Origin: an uncultured Planctomycetaceae bacterium
GTDB taxonomy: Bacteria > Planctomycetota > Phycisphaerae > SM23-33
Direction of reading: 5' to 3'
Length of the DNA: 64,000 bases
Assembly: GCA_964472875.1 (NCBI GenBank)
Contig: CAYYMD010000005.1
Location: 7,670 to 71,669, forward strand
The position numbers were made by a program, and so were the translations under genes. Below are positions 38,190 through 47,441 of the stretch, piece by piece; position 1 is the stretch's first letter, and each line of letters opens with the position of its first letter. The notes beneath the pieces were generated by a model. It saw only the letters and a program-made list of their open reading frames with translations. It was not told where the DNA came from and made no database searches.

Positions 38190-39561
38190 TACCTTTGTTT
38201 TTCTTCCTCAGAGCGCCCCAGTTGAATAAACCGCGCTTCCGCACCTCCACGACGACATGTTCATGCCCGAGTTTTTCCAGCACCCGGTTCAGCGATGCCA
38301 TCCCCTCTTCCAGGCCGGTGAAGCAGCGATGAATTCTATCCGTCGTTTCAGTCAGCGACTGACTTAATTCGGTGTGCGCAGACTTCGAGCGTTCGCTGAT
38401 GGTCTCCATATTCGCGGCTGCTTCCTGCCCGACAACCTCGGCTTGTTCATGTATCGTTTGGGCGATATGCTCCATCTGGGCGATTTGAGACTCATGAAGT
38501 TCGGTAACTTTTTCCTGCACTTGTCTGATTTCGGAGTAAACTTCCGGTGCAAGTTGCCCCGTGGCCGAGGCACCGCCACCACCGTCGTCCAGCCGTTTAA
38601 GCAGGTTTTCGTTGCAGTACTCATCGACCCAATTGAGCAGGTCGTCCTCGCTCTTTTGCAGTGCGTGGGAGGGTATGGCGATTATCAGACTCATCACCAG
38701 CGCCACAAGCGTGGTGTCGAATGCGATGCCGAGCCCGGTTGTTACAGTGCCGAGTTTCGCCTTGAGGTCTTCGATGTCGGCGCCGGAATCCAGTTCACCG
38801 CTGAATCCGCCAACCGCGGCGCTGATGCCGATTACCGTACCAATAAACCCCAGAATAGGAATCGCCCACGTGAAAACGCGCACAAGCGTGTAACTGGACT
38901 CAACGGCATTGGCGTCAATATCAGACTGACTGTTCATCAGCGAGGCAACCTCACCGTTATTTCGACGAGCCGTGAAATGCTCCAGGCCACGAAGTACACG
39001 GTTTATCATGAAACTTCCGGAAGCCCGCACGGGCAACTTTCTGACGTGAGAGATGAACTTCTCGGCGTTGTGAGCAGTTATGGTGTCGGCTATTATATTG
39101 GGCAGGACATCGAACAGCATTACGTCGCGATGTCGTCGATGACGCAGCCATTTAAGCACAAGTATCGCTACCGACCATCCGAATAGAAGAACCAGCACGA
39201 ACGGAACCCACCCGCGCCGCCAGAACAAGTCGTGGAAATAAGTTCCTTTAAAGGGCAGGATAACCACCATGAACGCTGCGGCGATTATCAAGCCAACTAT
39301 AAAACTTCGAAGCGGGCTTACATTAACGCCCGTGCCGCCGAGTTCCGCCACGGCTTTACTGGCTACCTTTTTTGAAGTCTTAGCGGATATTTTCTCCGAG
39401 GTTGTTTCCGCGGGCCTGGCCGTGGGAATCGTCGCTTTAGATTGACAAGGAATTATTACCGTATTCTTACAGTATGGACAACGTGCTTTTTTACCCCTTT
39501 TGTCCTCTTGTGCCCGAAGATCTTTGCCACAGTGTTCACATGTGAATTTAAAGTAATTCAT
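38170..39561 (-). CDS. MotA/TolQ/ExbB-family proton channel with N-terminal C4 zinc ribbon and C-terminal coiled-coil tail
   Basis: N-terminal FTCEHCGKDL…ARCPYCKN zinc ribbon. TM helices and a MotA/ExbB core (AIPILGFIGTVIGISAAVGGF…LGIAFDTTLVALVMSLIIAIP). Roughly 130-aa C-terminal helical tail. Confidence 0.75.
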   Translation of the reverse strand: MNYFKFTCEHCGKDLRAQEDKRGKKARCPYCKNTVIIPCQSKATIPTARPAETTSEKISAKTSKKVASKAVAELGGTGVNVSPLRSFIVGLIIAAAFMVVILPFKGTYFHDLFWRRGWVPFVLVLLFGWSVAILVLKWLRHRRHRDVMLFDVLPNIIADTITAHNAEKFISHVRKLPVRASGSFMINRVLRGLEHFTARRNNGEVASLMNSQSDIDANAVESSYTLVRVFTWAIPILGFIGTVIGISAAVGGFSGELDSGADIEDLKAKLGTVTTGLGIAFDTTLVALVMSLIIAIPSHALQKSEDDLLNWVDEYCNENLLKRLDDGGGGASATGQLAPEVYSEIRQVQEKVTELHESQIAQMEHIAQTIHEQAEVVGQEAAANMETISERSKSAHTELSQSLTETTDRIHRCFTGLEEGMASLNRVLEKLGHEHVVVEVRKRGLFNWGALRKKNKGNGPSKA

Positions 39562-39615
39562 TTTATTGACAACTTCTCCAATTTTTATCGGTCAACTTTA
39601 CTCATTGACTCATTG

Positions 39616-39621
39616 ATTATA
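39616..39621 (-). promoter_or_regulatory. Candidate -10 box (TATAAT on minus strand) about 55 nt upstream of the MotA/ExbB-like operon
   Basis: Minus-strand reading …ttcaaaggtggtggttgttgcTATAATcaatgagtcaatgagtaaag…ATG. The direct repeat tcattgactcattga lies between the box and the start. Confidence 0.25.
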
Positions 39622-39881
39622 GCAACAACCACCACCTTTGAAAATGGGTTTCAGTGTAAGAGAGGTTTGCTTTGTAAGGATTTTTGCGGGGCCGTGGTGG
39701 TTGAAGGACACGGATTGAGGCGATCCGGCAAGGTGCGGCAGAATGAAAACACCGTTCTAAAGCGGAATTTGCTCCACACAACAGATCAACGGCTCATCGT
39801 GAGGGCTTTGACGGCCTGATAGCGCAGAGTTCCCCCGCAGGGACACATAAACGCCATAGATTTTCGGCTCCGGCGCCCCCC

Positions 39882-40151
39882 CTAAGCCACCTTCACCAGA
39901 GACCGAAGGTGCGGCTTTTGCTTCTCCCTGATACGGCCCAAGGCCATCGCCAGCATCACCAGCAGCGACAGACCGATCCGAAGACGCATCTTGGCCAGCC
40001 CACGAATAAAGTGATCCTCGAACCCAAAAGACACATCCGGTCCCCTCTTAAGCTTCATCCCGCACCGGATTTGAGCGGTGCGGGACTTCGGTGGACATGT
40101 TATATTGATTAAAACCTCTAACAATATGCTACTGACTTCGTTCGGCTGCAT
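39882..40151 (-). CDS. Hypothetical small protein with C-terminal TM segment
   Basis: ORF only. No recognizable family. May be spurious. Confidence 0.2.
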   Translation of the reverse strand: MQPNEVSSILLEVLINITCPPKSRTAQIRCGMKLKRGPDVSFGFEDHFIRGLAKMRLRIGLSLLVMLAMALGRIREKQKPHLRSLVKVA

Positions 40152-40174
40152 CGCCGAGGCGCTGCGTCGAACAG

Positions 40175-41578
40175 CTAATGGGTCGCTATTTTGAAATACT
40201 TTTTACATCGGCCTACGACATCCGGCTTTTTCTTGGCCAAATCATTTTTTTCGGCGATATCGTTTTCAAGGTCATACAGTGCGAATCCGCGTTTGCCGCA
40301 TCGGTGCAGTTTCCACTTACCGACCCGAATCACCCGTTTCCAGTAAAGGTACTCGTGCTTTTTTTGTTGGTCTGTGCGGCCCAGCAGTTCGGGCGAATAA
40401 CTGATTCCGTCTATATCCGAGGGCGGTTCGACCCCAGCCAGTTCGCAGGCCGTCGGCAAGAAATCCCAGAACGCGCTGGGATGATCGCTGGTACGGCCGG
40501 GATCGATCCTGCTGGGCCAGCGGGCGATGGTGGGCACGCGGATGCCTCCTTCTCGCAAAGACCGCTTTCCTCCTGAAAGCGGCCCGTTGCTGTTGAAAAA
40601 CTTCATAGACTGCCCGCCTTCGCCCGACGGGCCATTATCACTACTGAATATAACCAACGTGTTCTCGCTGAGATTCAGTTCATCCAGCAAGTCCAGTATG
40701 CGCCCGATATCGCGGTCCATCCGCGATATCATTCCGGCATATGTAGCGTTCGGGTGGCTCTGCCCGCAGTAGCCATTCTTGTATTGGCTACCGTAAGCGC
40801 CGCCGCCAGTATTTCCCTTGCCCTCGATTTTGGGCGTCTCCGGCCAGCCATTCTCCAGGTAGGGCTTCAAGGAATCTTGCGGCACAGTCAGTTCCGCATG
40901 TGGAATCGTGTAGGGCAAATAGAGAAAAAACGGATGGTCCTTGTTCTTTTTTATCCAGCCAAGTGCCTCTTTTGTAAATTCGTCGTGGCTGTAGGTCCCC
41001 TTGCCCGGGATGTATTCTCCGTTTTTCCGCAGTTTGTGATTTTCCGGGTATTTGACCTTTTTGTCGTTGCGCCACAGGAAACCCGGATAGTAAAAGTGCG
41101 CGAAGCCCTGGTTGTCGTATCCGAACCAGTGGTCGAAACCCTTGTTGTTGGGACTGCCCGGGTGTCCCGGCCGGCCGAGCAATCCCCATTTGCCTATCAT
41201 GCAGGTTTTGTATCCCGCCTGTTTCATGAGCATGGCGACCGTAACGTCTTGATTTTTCAAGCGGCCGCCGTTACGGGTTACTCTTGCGTGTCCCATATGC
41301 TTGCCGGTCATTAGGGAGCAGCGCGAGGGCGAACAGACCGTGTACCCGGCGTAATGATCTGTGAACCGCAGTCCCTCGGCGGCCATTTTGTCCAAGCGCG
41401 GAGTTTTAATCCTCTTCTGGCCGTAGCAGCCGAGGTCGCCGTAGCCAAGGTCGTCCGCCAGGATAAATACTATGTTGGGGCGGCGAGGGGACTTCTCGCC
41501 TGACACGGCGCGGGCCAGCGCCGGGATCGCGGCGCATGCAGTCATGCTCTTTAGAAATTCTCTGCGGTTTTTAATCAT
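40175..41578 (-). CDS. Sulfatase (formylglycine-dependent arylsulfatase family), Tat/Sec-secreted
   Basis: MIKNRREFLKSMTACAAIPALARA signal. CSPSRCSLMTGK formylglycine motif. Sulfatase fold of 467 aa. Confidence 0.85.
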   Translation of the reverse strand: MIKNRREFLKSMTACAAIPALARAVSGEKSPRRPNIVFILADDLGYGDLGCYGQKRIKTPRLDKMAAEGLRFTDHYAGYTVCSPSRCSLMTGKHMGHARVTRNGGRLKNQDVTVAMLMKQAGYKTCMIGKWGLLGRPGHPGSPNNKGFDHWFGYDNQGFAHFYYPGFLWRNDKKVKYPENHKLRKNGEYIPGKGTYSHDEFTKEALGWIKKNKDHPFFLYLPYTIPHAELTVPQDSLKPYLENGWPETPKIEGKGNTGGGAYGSQYKNGYCGQSHPNATYAGMISRMDRDIGRILDLLDELNLSENTLVIFSSDNGPSGEGGQSMKFFNSNGPLSGGKRSLREGGIRVPTIARWPSRIDPGRTSDHPSAFWDFLPTACELAGVEPPSDIDGISYSPELLGRTDQQKKHEYLYWKRVIRVGKWKLHRCGKRGFALYDLENDIAEKNDLAKKKPDVVGRCKKYFKIATH

Positions 41579-41858
41579 GGCAAATCCTTTACCTCGTTTT
41601 GCAGCAAAAAAGATTCTCTCTCATTATTCCCAACCGATAAATACGGCCGACGTTTCGGATGATCATATCCCAAATAAGTGGCGAAAGAAATCTTCTGTCA
41701 TAAAAGGACAATGACATGCTTGCGGTACAGTAAGAAGAACAGGACCGACTGACTCCATAGCGAGATCCGCCTTCAGTCTCGGCTTGTGCTTTGTTCCACA
41801 CCGGCCCGCACACACCATGGCTCCGGAAAAATTGTCATAAAGCAACCCGTCCCGCACA

Positions 41859-43079
41859 CTACTTACTTTTCAATTCCCTCGCTTTGGCCAGGGCCTCCCG
41901 GCGTGTGGTGAGTTGTTCGTTGAGTTGTGCGTCGTAGAGTTTTCTAAGCACCCGGCCGAGGCGCGGCCCCTGTTTGTAGCCCATTTTCATCAGGTCCCGG
42001 CCGGTCACTAAAGGCGGCGGCGCGATTTTGTCTTCGGGGATTTTCCCCGCCCGGGCGGCTATGCGGCGGCACTGCGTGTCGGAGCCGGTGAGGCGCTCTT
42101 CCTCCACGCGCCACAGGGCATGCAGGCGACGGTAATCCTCATCGGCAAGGATGCGCTTGAAATCGCACAGCGGCAACTCGGCCGCTTCGCGCCATGCATC
42201 GAGTTTGTCGGCCAGTTTGCACAGCGTCGCGCGCAGCCGGTTAGACCCGCCCCAGCGGCGGATAATTTTGCTCACCTGCGACTGCGACAGCCCCGCCAGC
42301 AGGCCGCCGAGCGTCAGCACCCAGTCGCGCCTGCGGCAAAGCGCTTCGGCCCGGGCGAACCCGTCGCGCCACAAATCCTTTGACGAGAACAGTTCCGGCA
42401 AAACTGCGCCGGCGAGGTTGAGTTTGTTCAGCATCTCCAGCGCCACTGCCGCCGACTCTCGCGCGAGCATGCTGCTCATCTCATCCAGTATGCGCTCGCC
42501 GCTGATTGAGGTGATTTTCGGTGCGTGTTTTTTGATGGCAGCGGCTGTGGTCGGTGCGATTTTAAACTCCAGCCGAGCCGCGAACCGTACAGCCCGCATC
42601 ATCCGCAGGTAATCCTCGCCGAAGCGCTCGTCAGGCGCTCCGATGGTTCGGATGACGCCCTTTTTCAAATCCTCCCGACCGCCGACGTAATCCACCACCT
42701 TATCGGCCAGCGGGTCGTAGAACATGCCGTTTATGGTGAAGTCCCGCCGCTTGGCGTCTTCCTTTGCGGAGGTGAATCGGACGCCGGCCGGCCGCCGCCC
42801 GTTGCTGTATGACATATCGCTGCGGAAGGTGGTGACCTCGACCTTGCGGCCGCGCATAAGAACCATCGCCACGCCGAATTTTGCGCCGACCATCAGCACG
42901 CGGCGGAATATCCGCTGCACCTGCTGCGGCGTGGCGTCGGTGGCGATGTCGTAGTCCTCGGCCCTGCCGCCCAGCAGCATGTCCCTTACGCATCCGCCGG
43001 CGAAGTAGGCCTGATGTCCGGCGGAGTGCAGTTTGCGCAGAACGCGGACGGCGGTTTTTTTATCGGCGGATTCAGCCAC
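41859..43079 (-). CDS. CCA-adding tRNA nucleotidyltransferase / poly(A) polymerase family protein
   Basis: Pol-beta NTase head (YFAGGCVRDMLLGGRAEDYDIATDA) plus the RNA-binding body. Confidence 0.8.
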   Translation of the reverse strand: MAESADKKTAVRVLRKLHSAGHQAYFAGGCVRDMLLGGRAEDYDIATDATPQQVQRIFRRVLMVGAKFGVAMVLMRGRKVEVTTFRSDMSYSNGRRPAGVRFTSAKEDAKRRDFTINGMFYDPLADKVVDYVGGREDLKKGVIRTIGAPDERFGEDYLRMMRAVRFAARLEFKIAPTTAAAIKKHAPKITSISGERILDEMSSMLARESAAVALEMLNKLNLAGAVLPELFSSKDLWRDGFARAEALCRRRDWVLTLGGLLAGLSQSQVSKIIRRWGGSNRLRATLCKLADKLDAWREAAELPLCDFKRILADEDYRRLHALWRVEEERLTGSDTQCRRIAARAGKIPEDKIAPPPLVTGRDLMKMGYKQGPRLGRVLRKLYDAQLNEQLTTRREALAKARELKSK

Positions 43080-43228
43080 GGCGGCATTTTAACGCCGAAG
43101 CGGCCGTAAAATAAGCGCAATTTGCTGTTCCATCGCGAAAGGCGGATTAAAATCGCGAACTTGTCATTATGAGCGGCTACATAAACTTCTTGCCACGGGT
43201 CGGCACATGAGTTCAAAATATTTGGGTT

Positions 43229-44536
43229 ATGCCACGAAGAGAATCAAAATCACGAGCGGCGTTCGACCGATCCGAGAAGGTTCTGGTCGGCGGGGTGAAT
43301 TCACCCGTCCGCGCCTACGGTGCGGTGGGCGGCACGCCACCGGTCATTGACCGGGCGGTCGGCGCCTCTATAACGGATGTGGACGGCAACACATACGTGG
43401 ATTACGTATGCGGTTACGGTCCGGCCATACTCGGCCACGCGCACGAGCGGGTGGTAACGGCCATCAACAAGGCGGTCCGCAAAGGCGTGGTTTTCGGCGC
43501 TCCGTGCGTGGCCGAGACAAAACTCGCCGAGGCAATAGTCGCGGCCGTGGATTCCATCGAAAACGTGCGGTTCGTCTCGTCCGGAACCGAAGCGGTGATG
43601 TCTGCGGTCCGGCTGGCGCGAGCTGCCACAGGACGCGATAAGATAATTAAGGCGGTGGGCTGTTATCACGGCCACTCCGACGCGATGCTGGTCTCTGCCG
43701 GCAGCGGCGCGGCCACTCTGGGTGTTCCGTCCAGCCCGGGTGTCACATGCGGCGCGGCGGCCGACACAATAGCAGTCGGCTACAACGACCTGGATGCGGC
43801 GCGGCAGACTTTCAGCCACTACGGGGATGAAATCGCCGCCGTCCTGGTGGAACCTGTGGCCGGCAACATGGGCGTCATACCTCCGGCCGAAGGATACCTC
43901 GAAGGTCTGCGGCAGCTTTGCGACGAGCATTCCGCGCTGCTGATTTTCGACGAGGTTATAACGGGTTTCAGGGTCTCTTACGGCGGCGCGCAGAAATTGT
44001 ACGGCGTAAGGCCGGATCTGACGACCCTCGGCAAAATAATCGGCGGCGGCCTGCCCGTGGGCGCACTGGGCGGCCCGAAAGACCTCATGAAAGAACTGAT
44101 GCCGCTCGGCAAGGTTTACCAGGCCGGCACGCTATCCGGCTCGCCGGCGGCGATGGCCGCCGGACTGGCCGTGCTGCAGGTATTGCAGGAGAAGGGATTT
44201 TACAACCGGCTGGAGAAGATTTCGGCCGCCGTTCAGGACGCCCTGGAGCAGGCGGCGGTCGGTGCAGATGTCGACTCGAAGATATGCATAAACCGCGTGG
44301 CGAGCATGATGTGCTGCTTCTTCAATCCCGGACCAGTCAGAGATTTCGCCTCGGCCGGCCGGTCCAACACAGATGCCTACGCCTCGTATATGCACAAGAT
44401 GCTCGCCGGCGGCGTTTACCTGGCGCCGAGCCAGTACGAGGCAATGTTCGTATCCGCCGCGCACGGCCCGGACGACGTGTCCAAAACACAACAGGCGGCC
44501 GAAGCCGCTTTCGCCGACGTAGCTAAACTTATGTAG
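43229..44536 (+). CDS. hemL: Glutamate-1-semialdehyde 2,1-aminomutase
   Basis: Class III aminotransferase with a HemL N-terminus (LVGGVNSPVRAY) and PLP-lysine region. Confidence 0.9.
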   Translation: MPRRESKSRAAFDRSEKVLVGGVNSPVRAYGAVGGTPPVIDRAVGASITDVDGNTYVDYVCGYGPAILGHAHERVVTAINKAVRKGVVFGAPCVAETKLAEAIVAAVDSIENVRFVSSGTEAVMSAVRLARAATGRDKIIKAVGCYHGHSDAMLVSAGSGAATLGVPSSPGVTCGAAADTIAVGYNDLDAARQTFSHYGDEIAAVLVEPVAGNMGVIPPAEGYLEGLRQLCDEHSALLIFDEVITGFRVSYGGAQKLYGVRPDLTTLGKIIGGGLPVGALGGPKDLMKELMPLGKVYQAGTLSGSPAAMAAGLAVLQVLQEKGFYNRLEKISAAVQDALEQAAVGADVDSKICINRVASMMCCFFNPGPVRDFASAGRSNTDAYASYMHKMLAGGVYLAPSQYEAMFVSAAHGPDDVSKTQQAAEAAFADVAKLM

Positions 44537-44641
44537 AACACCCGTGTACGTCGATAAATATATGCGTAATACGGCTGCGAAACCGTTCAAAATAGATGTA
44601 TAAGAACAATTCAAACGACAGCCCTTTTACAGGAGCAAATT

Positions 44642-45325
44642 ATGGAACAGCCGGACTCACAGGCAATGGAATATGCGGCGGCGTTTAAGACAATCAGATG
44701 CGCCAAGAATTTGTTCATTTTTCTGGTTCTGGCGGCGATAGTGGTTCAGCTGGCCAGCTTCGTCATGGTGGAATTCGTCGGCGTGGCGGATGAGATGTAT
44801 GCGGCGAGTACTGCCGGCGGCGTGGAAACGAAGCCCGCCGAAGCAAGCCCAAACGGCTGGGTCGAGCTGATGCACTGGTTGCTGCCGGGAGTGAAATTCG
44901 TGGCAGTGGTGGCGGCCGCGATTCTGTCGCTGACTCTGCTGGTGGGTTTGAAGATATCGCTGGTAGGCCGCCTGGGCGGAGCGGCCGGGCTGGTAAGCGC
45001 GTTTTTCTGGTCTCTTATCCTGCTGGCAATGGTCACACCCTGGCAGAAGGTGCTCAACAGTAGTTTCGCGTGCGGCGCGCTGTATAACTATGGCCATCTC
45101 GCCGGCGAGGCCGCGAAGATAAAGCCCTCCTGGGGCGCTGCCGGCGTTGGCCTTGTGGACAAAATTCTCTACTACGCGCGGTTTATCGCCTATCCGGTGT
45201 TGGCCGTTTTCGTTCTGCTGATAGTGCAGGTAAAGTGGAGTCGCGGATTCTCGCAGATGATATCCCCGCCCAAGCAACAGCCGCAGCGGCCGAGCGAACC
45301 GCCCGCCGAACAGCCGGAACAATAA
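44642..45325 (+). CDS. Hypothetical polytopic membrane protein
   Basis: Four predicted TM helices, Pro/Gln-rich C-terminus. No family recognized. Confidence 0.45.
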   Translation: MEQPDSQAMEYAAAFKTIRCAKNLFIFLVLAAIVVQLASFVMVEFVGVADEMYAASTAGGVETKPAEASPNGWVELMHWLLPGVKFVAVVAAAILSLTLLVGLKISLVGRLGGAAGLVSAFFWSLILLAMVTPWQKVLNSSFACGALYNYGHLAGEAAKIKPSWGAAGVGLVDKILYYARFIAYPVLAVFVLLIVQVKWSRGFSQMISPPKQQPQRPSEPPAEQPEQ

Positions 45326-45433
45326 ACTTATATGCAAAGCAAATTATGAACGACGACGCCGGAACGCCGCCGCGCCATTAAAAAAAGCCCACGGTATTGC
45401 CGTGGGCTTTAATCCCGAAACCTATCCGAATAT

Positions 45434-46165
45434 TTACGTTCTGCGCTTGCGCAGCAGAGTGATTAAGCCCCCGCCCAACAGCAGCGCAAAGGCAGCCGGC
45501 TCGGGAACAAACTCGAAATCGTCGAAGTAGGCGTCGATTTCTACATCCATTTCGTCGCCCTGGTTTTGACCACCCGGCTCGCCGCTGTTGCGTAAGCAGT
45601 TGGTCAGCGCAGTGATGGTGAACTTGTAATCTTCGATGTTATCAATAACGTTCTGGTCAGTAATATTGATCTCGTACATTTTGAAAGCGTCATCATTGAT
45701 TGAGACCTCATTTATGTCTTCGATGCTACTGTCCGTTTTCTTCTCCCATGTGAGAGTAACGGAAATCTGTCTGGCAGTTGGCGTTTCTGCTATACCGTCT
45801 CTTTTGTAAACCGATGACGCTTTAAATCTCAGCTTCGTTGTGTCCTCGGGCGCTTCGAGCATTACGCCGCTTTCCGGCTGAATAAGCGTAACGGTGGCTA
45901 CGTCAATTGTGCTGGGGAGCACCCACTCGCTGCCGTTCCAATTGTATTTAATTTCAGTGTCAGCGTGGAAAGTATCAGAGTTATCGGAATAGTCCACGAT
46001 TTCGTGTGAAGCTAATCCGGCACCAAATTCTGAATCACTGACATCCCAGTTTGCTGTACTGCCGCCTCCTGTAGAAAAGTCCCCGTTAATGATGTCCGCA
46101 CGCGCGTAGCTGCACGCCATTACGATAATCGTCGTCGCCAATGTCCTCAATGTTTTCGCCTTCAT
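45434..46165 (-). CDS. PEP-CTERM sorting-domain protein (secreted)
   Basis: Signal peptide MKAKTLRTLATTIIVMACSYARA. C-terminal VPEPAAFALLLGGGLITLLRKRRT is a PEP motif plus TM plus basic tail. Confidence 0.7.
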   Translation of the reverse strand: MKAKTLRTLATTIIVMACSYARADIINGDFSTGGGSTANWDVSDSEFGAGLASHEIVDYSDNSDTFHADTEIKYNWNGSEWVLPSTIDVATVTLIQPESGVMLEAPEDTTKLRFKASSVYKRDGIAETPTARQISVTLTWEKKTDSSIEDINEVSINDDAFKMYEINITDQNVIDNIEDYKFTITALTNCLRNSGEPGGQNQGDEMDVEIDAYFDDFEFVPEPAAFALLLGGGLITLLRKRRT

Positions 46166-46385
46166 GATTCGGCCCTCGATTTTACGTCTATACTGTCCGG
46201 GCACACTGCGCCGCCCGGAATGACGCGAGCATTTTTTTCAATCGAGCTGCCTCACATAAGCTTCAAGACGTGAATTACATCGTCACATCCATTTCCTCCC
46301 GGCTAATTTATCTTACCTCGGAAATGTGTTTTCACAAAGCACAAAATGCCGGTTGCCGTAAAAAATTACGCATTCGCGCGTAATT

Positions 46386-47411
46386 TCAGCAAATCCGCGG
46401 CAGTTCTTCACCATAGGGCATGCGAATAATCCGCCGGCCGCCTATAGAGGTTACCATTTCCACGAAGGGATTTTCACTTTTGTCGCAGATTCGCCCTATA
46501 TTGGCCGCCCTGGAAGCGATGGGATGCCGCCGGAGCACCTCGACGGCCTTTTCGGCCGCTTCGCCGTCGACCACTGCCACGAGTTTGCCCTCGTTGGCTA
46601 CGGACAGCAGGTCGAGCCCGAGCATTTCCCCGGCCGCCAACGCCGCTTGGTTCATCGGAATCGCCTTCTGACGAATTTCCACATCCGCGCCAGCGCTTTC
46701 GGCCAGTTCAACCAGCGTGGCCGCCACGCCCCCGCGTGTCGGGTCGCGCATGAAGTGCACACTGTCGCCCAGCGACTCCAGCAGGTCGGCGGTCAACTCG
46801 TCAACGGCCGCACAGTCGCTTTGCAGTTCTCCGGTGAACTCCAGCCCCTCACGCAGGCACATCACCGCCAGGCCGTGCTCGCCCGGCGGGCCCGAGAGGA
46901 TAACCGCATCATCCTTCTTTATTCGCTCGAAACCAAGCGACGCCTCCGGCCGCAGTTGCCCCACGCCTGTGGTGTTAATGACAAGCCCGTCCAGCGCATC
47001 GCGCCCCACCACTTTGGTATCGCCGGTTACTATTTTGACACCCGCCTCAGCAGCCGCCCGCCCGGCCGAGGCCAGCAGGCGGCCAAGAAGTTCGATTTCC
47101 ATCCCCTCGGCGATGACAAGGGCAATGCTTATGGCAGCGGGCGCCGCACCTGCCACGGCCAGGTCGTTGACCGTGCCGCAGACCGCCAGTTTGCCGATGT
47201 CGCCGCCGGGAAATTCCAGCGGCTGAACAACGTAAGTGTCGGTGGTAAATGCCACCCGCCCGGCGTCAAAATCCAGCCCCGCTGCGTCGCTGAGGTGCTC
47301 GGCATCCTGCGCGCCGGCTTCGCCCAGCGCTGGGAGAATCACGTCGTGAATAAGTTCGGCGGTCAGTTGTCCCCCGCCGCCGTGCGCGAGTCGAATACGA
47401 TTATCCTGCAA
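46386..47411 (-). CDS. hypE: [NiFe]-hydrogenase maturation protein HypE
   Basis: AIR-synthase-related fold ending in the conserved C-terminal PRIC. Confidence 0.9.
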   Translation of the reverse strand: MQDNRIRLAHGGGGQLTAELIHDVILPALGEAGAQDAEHLSDAAGLDFDAGRVAFTTDTYVVQPLEFPGGDIGKLAVCGTVNDLAVAGAAPAAISIALVIAEGMEIELLGRLLASAGRAAAEAGVKIVTGDTKVVGRDALDGLVINTTGVGQLRPEASLGFERIKKDDAVILSGPPGEHGLAVMCLREGLEFTGELQSDCAAVDELTADLLESLGDSVHFMRDPTRGGVAATLVELAESAGADVEIRQKAIPMNQAALAAGEMLGLDLLSVANEGKLVAVVDGEAAEKAVEVLRRHPIASRAANIGRICDKSENPFVEMVTSIGGRRIIRMPYGEELPRIC

Positions 47412-47441
47412 ATCTGAACTCCGTTCAGGGTTGTTAACAAA

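Noticed and set aside
36294-39561. Zorya anti-phage system (ZorA/ZorB)
   Set aside because: The MotA-like tail is only about 130 aa (ZorA tails are far longer). The partners are ExbD-like rather than MotB/OmpA-like. No ZorC/ZorD/ZorE genes are present. Kept as a novel stator module instead.
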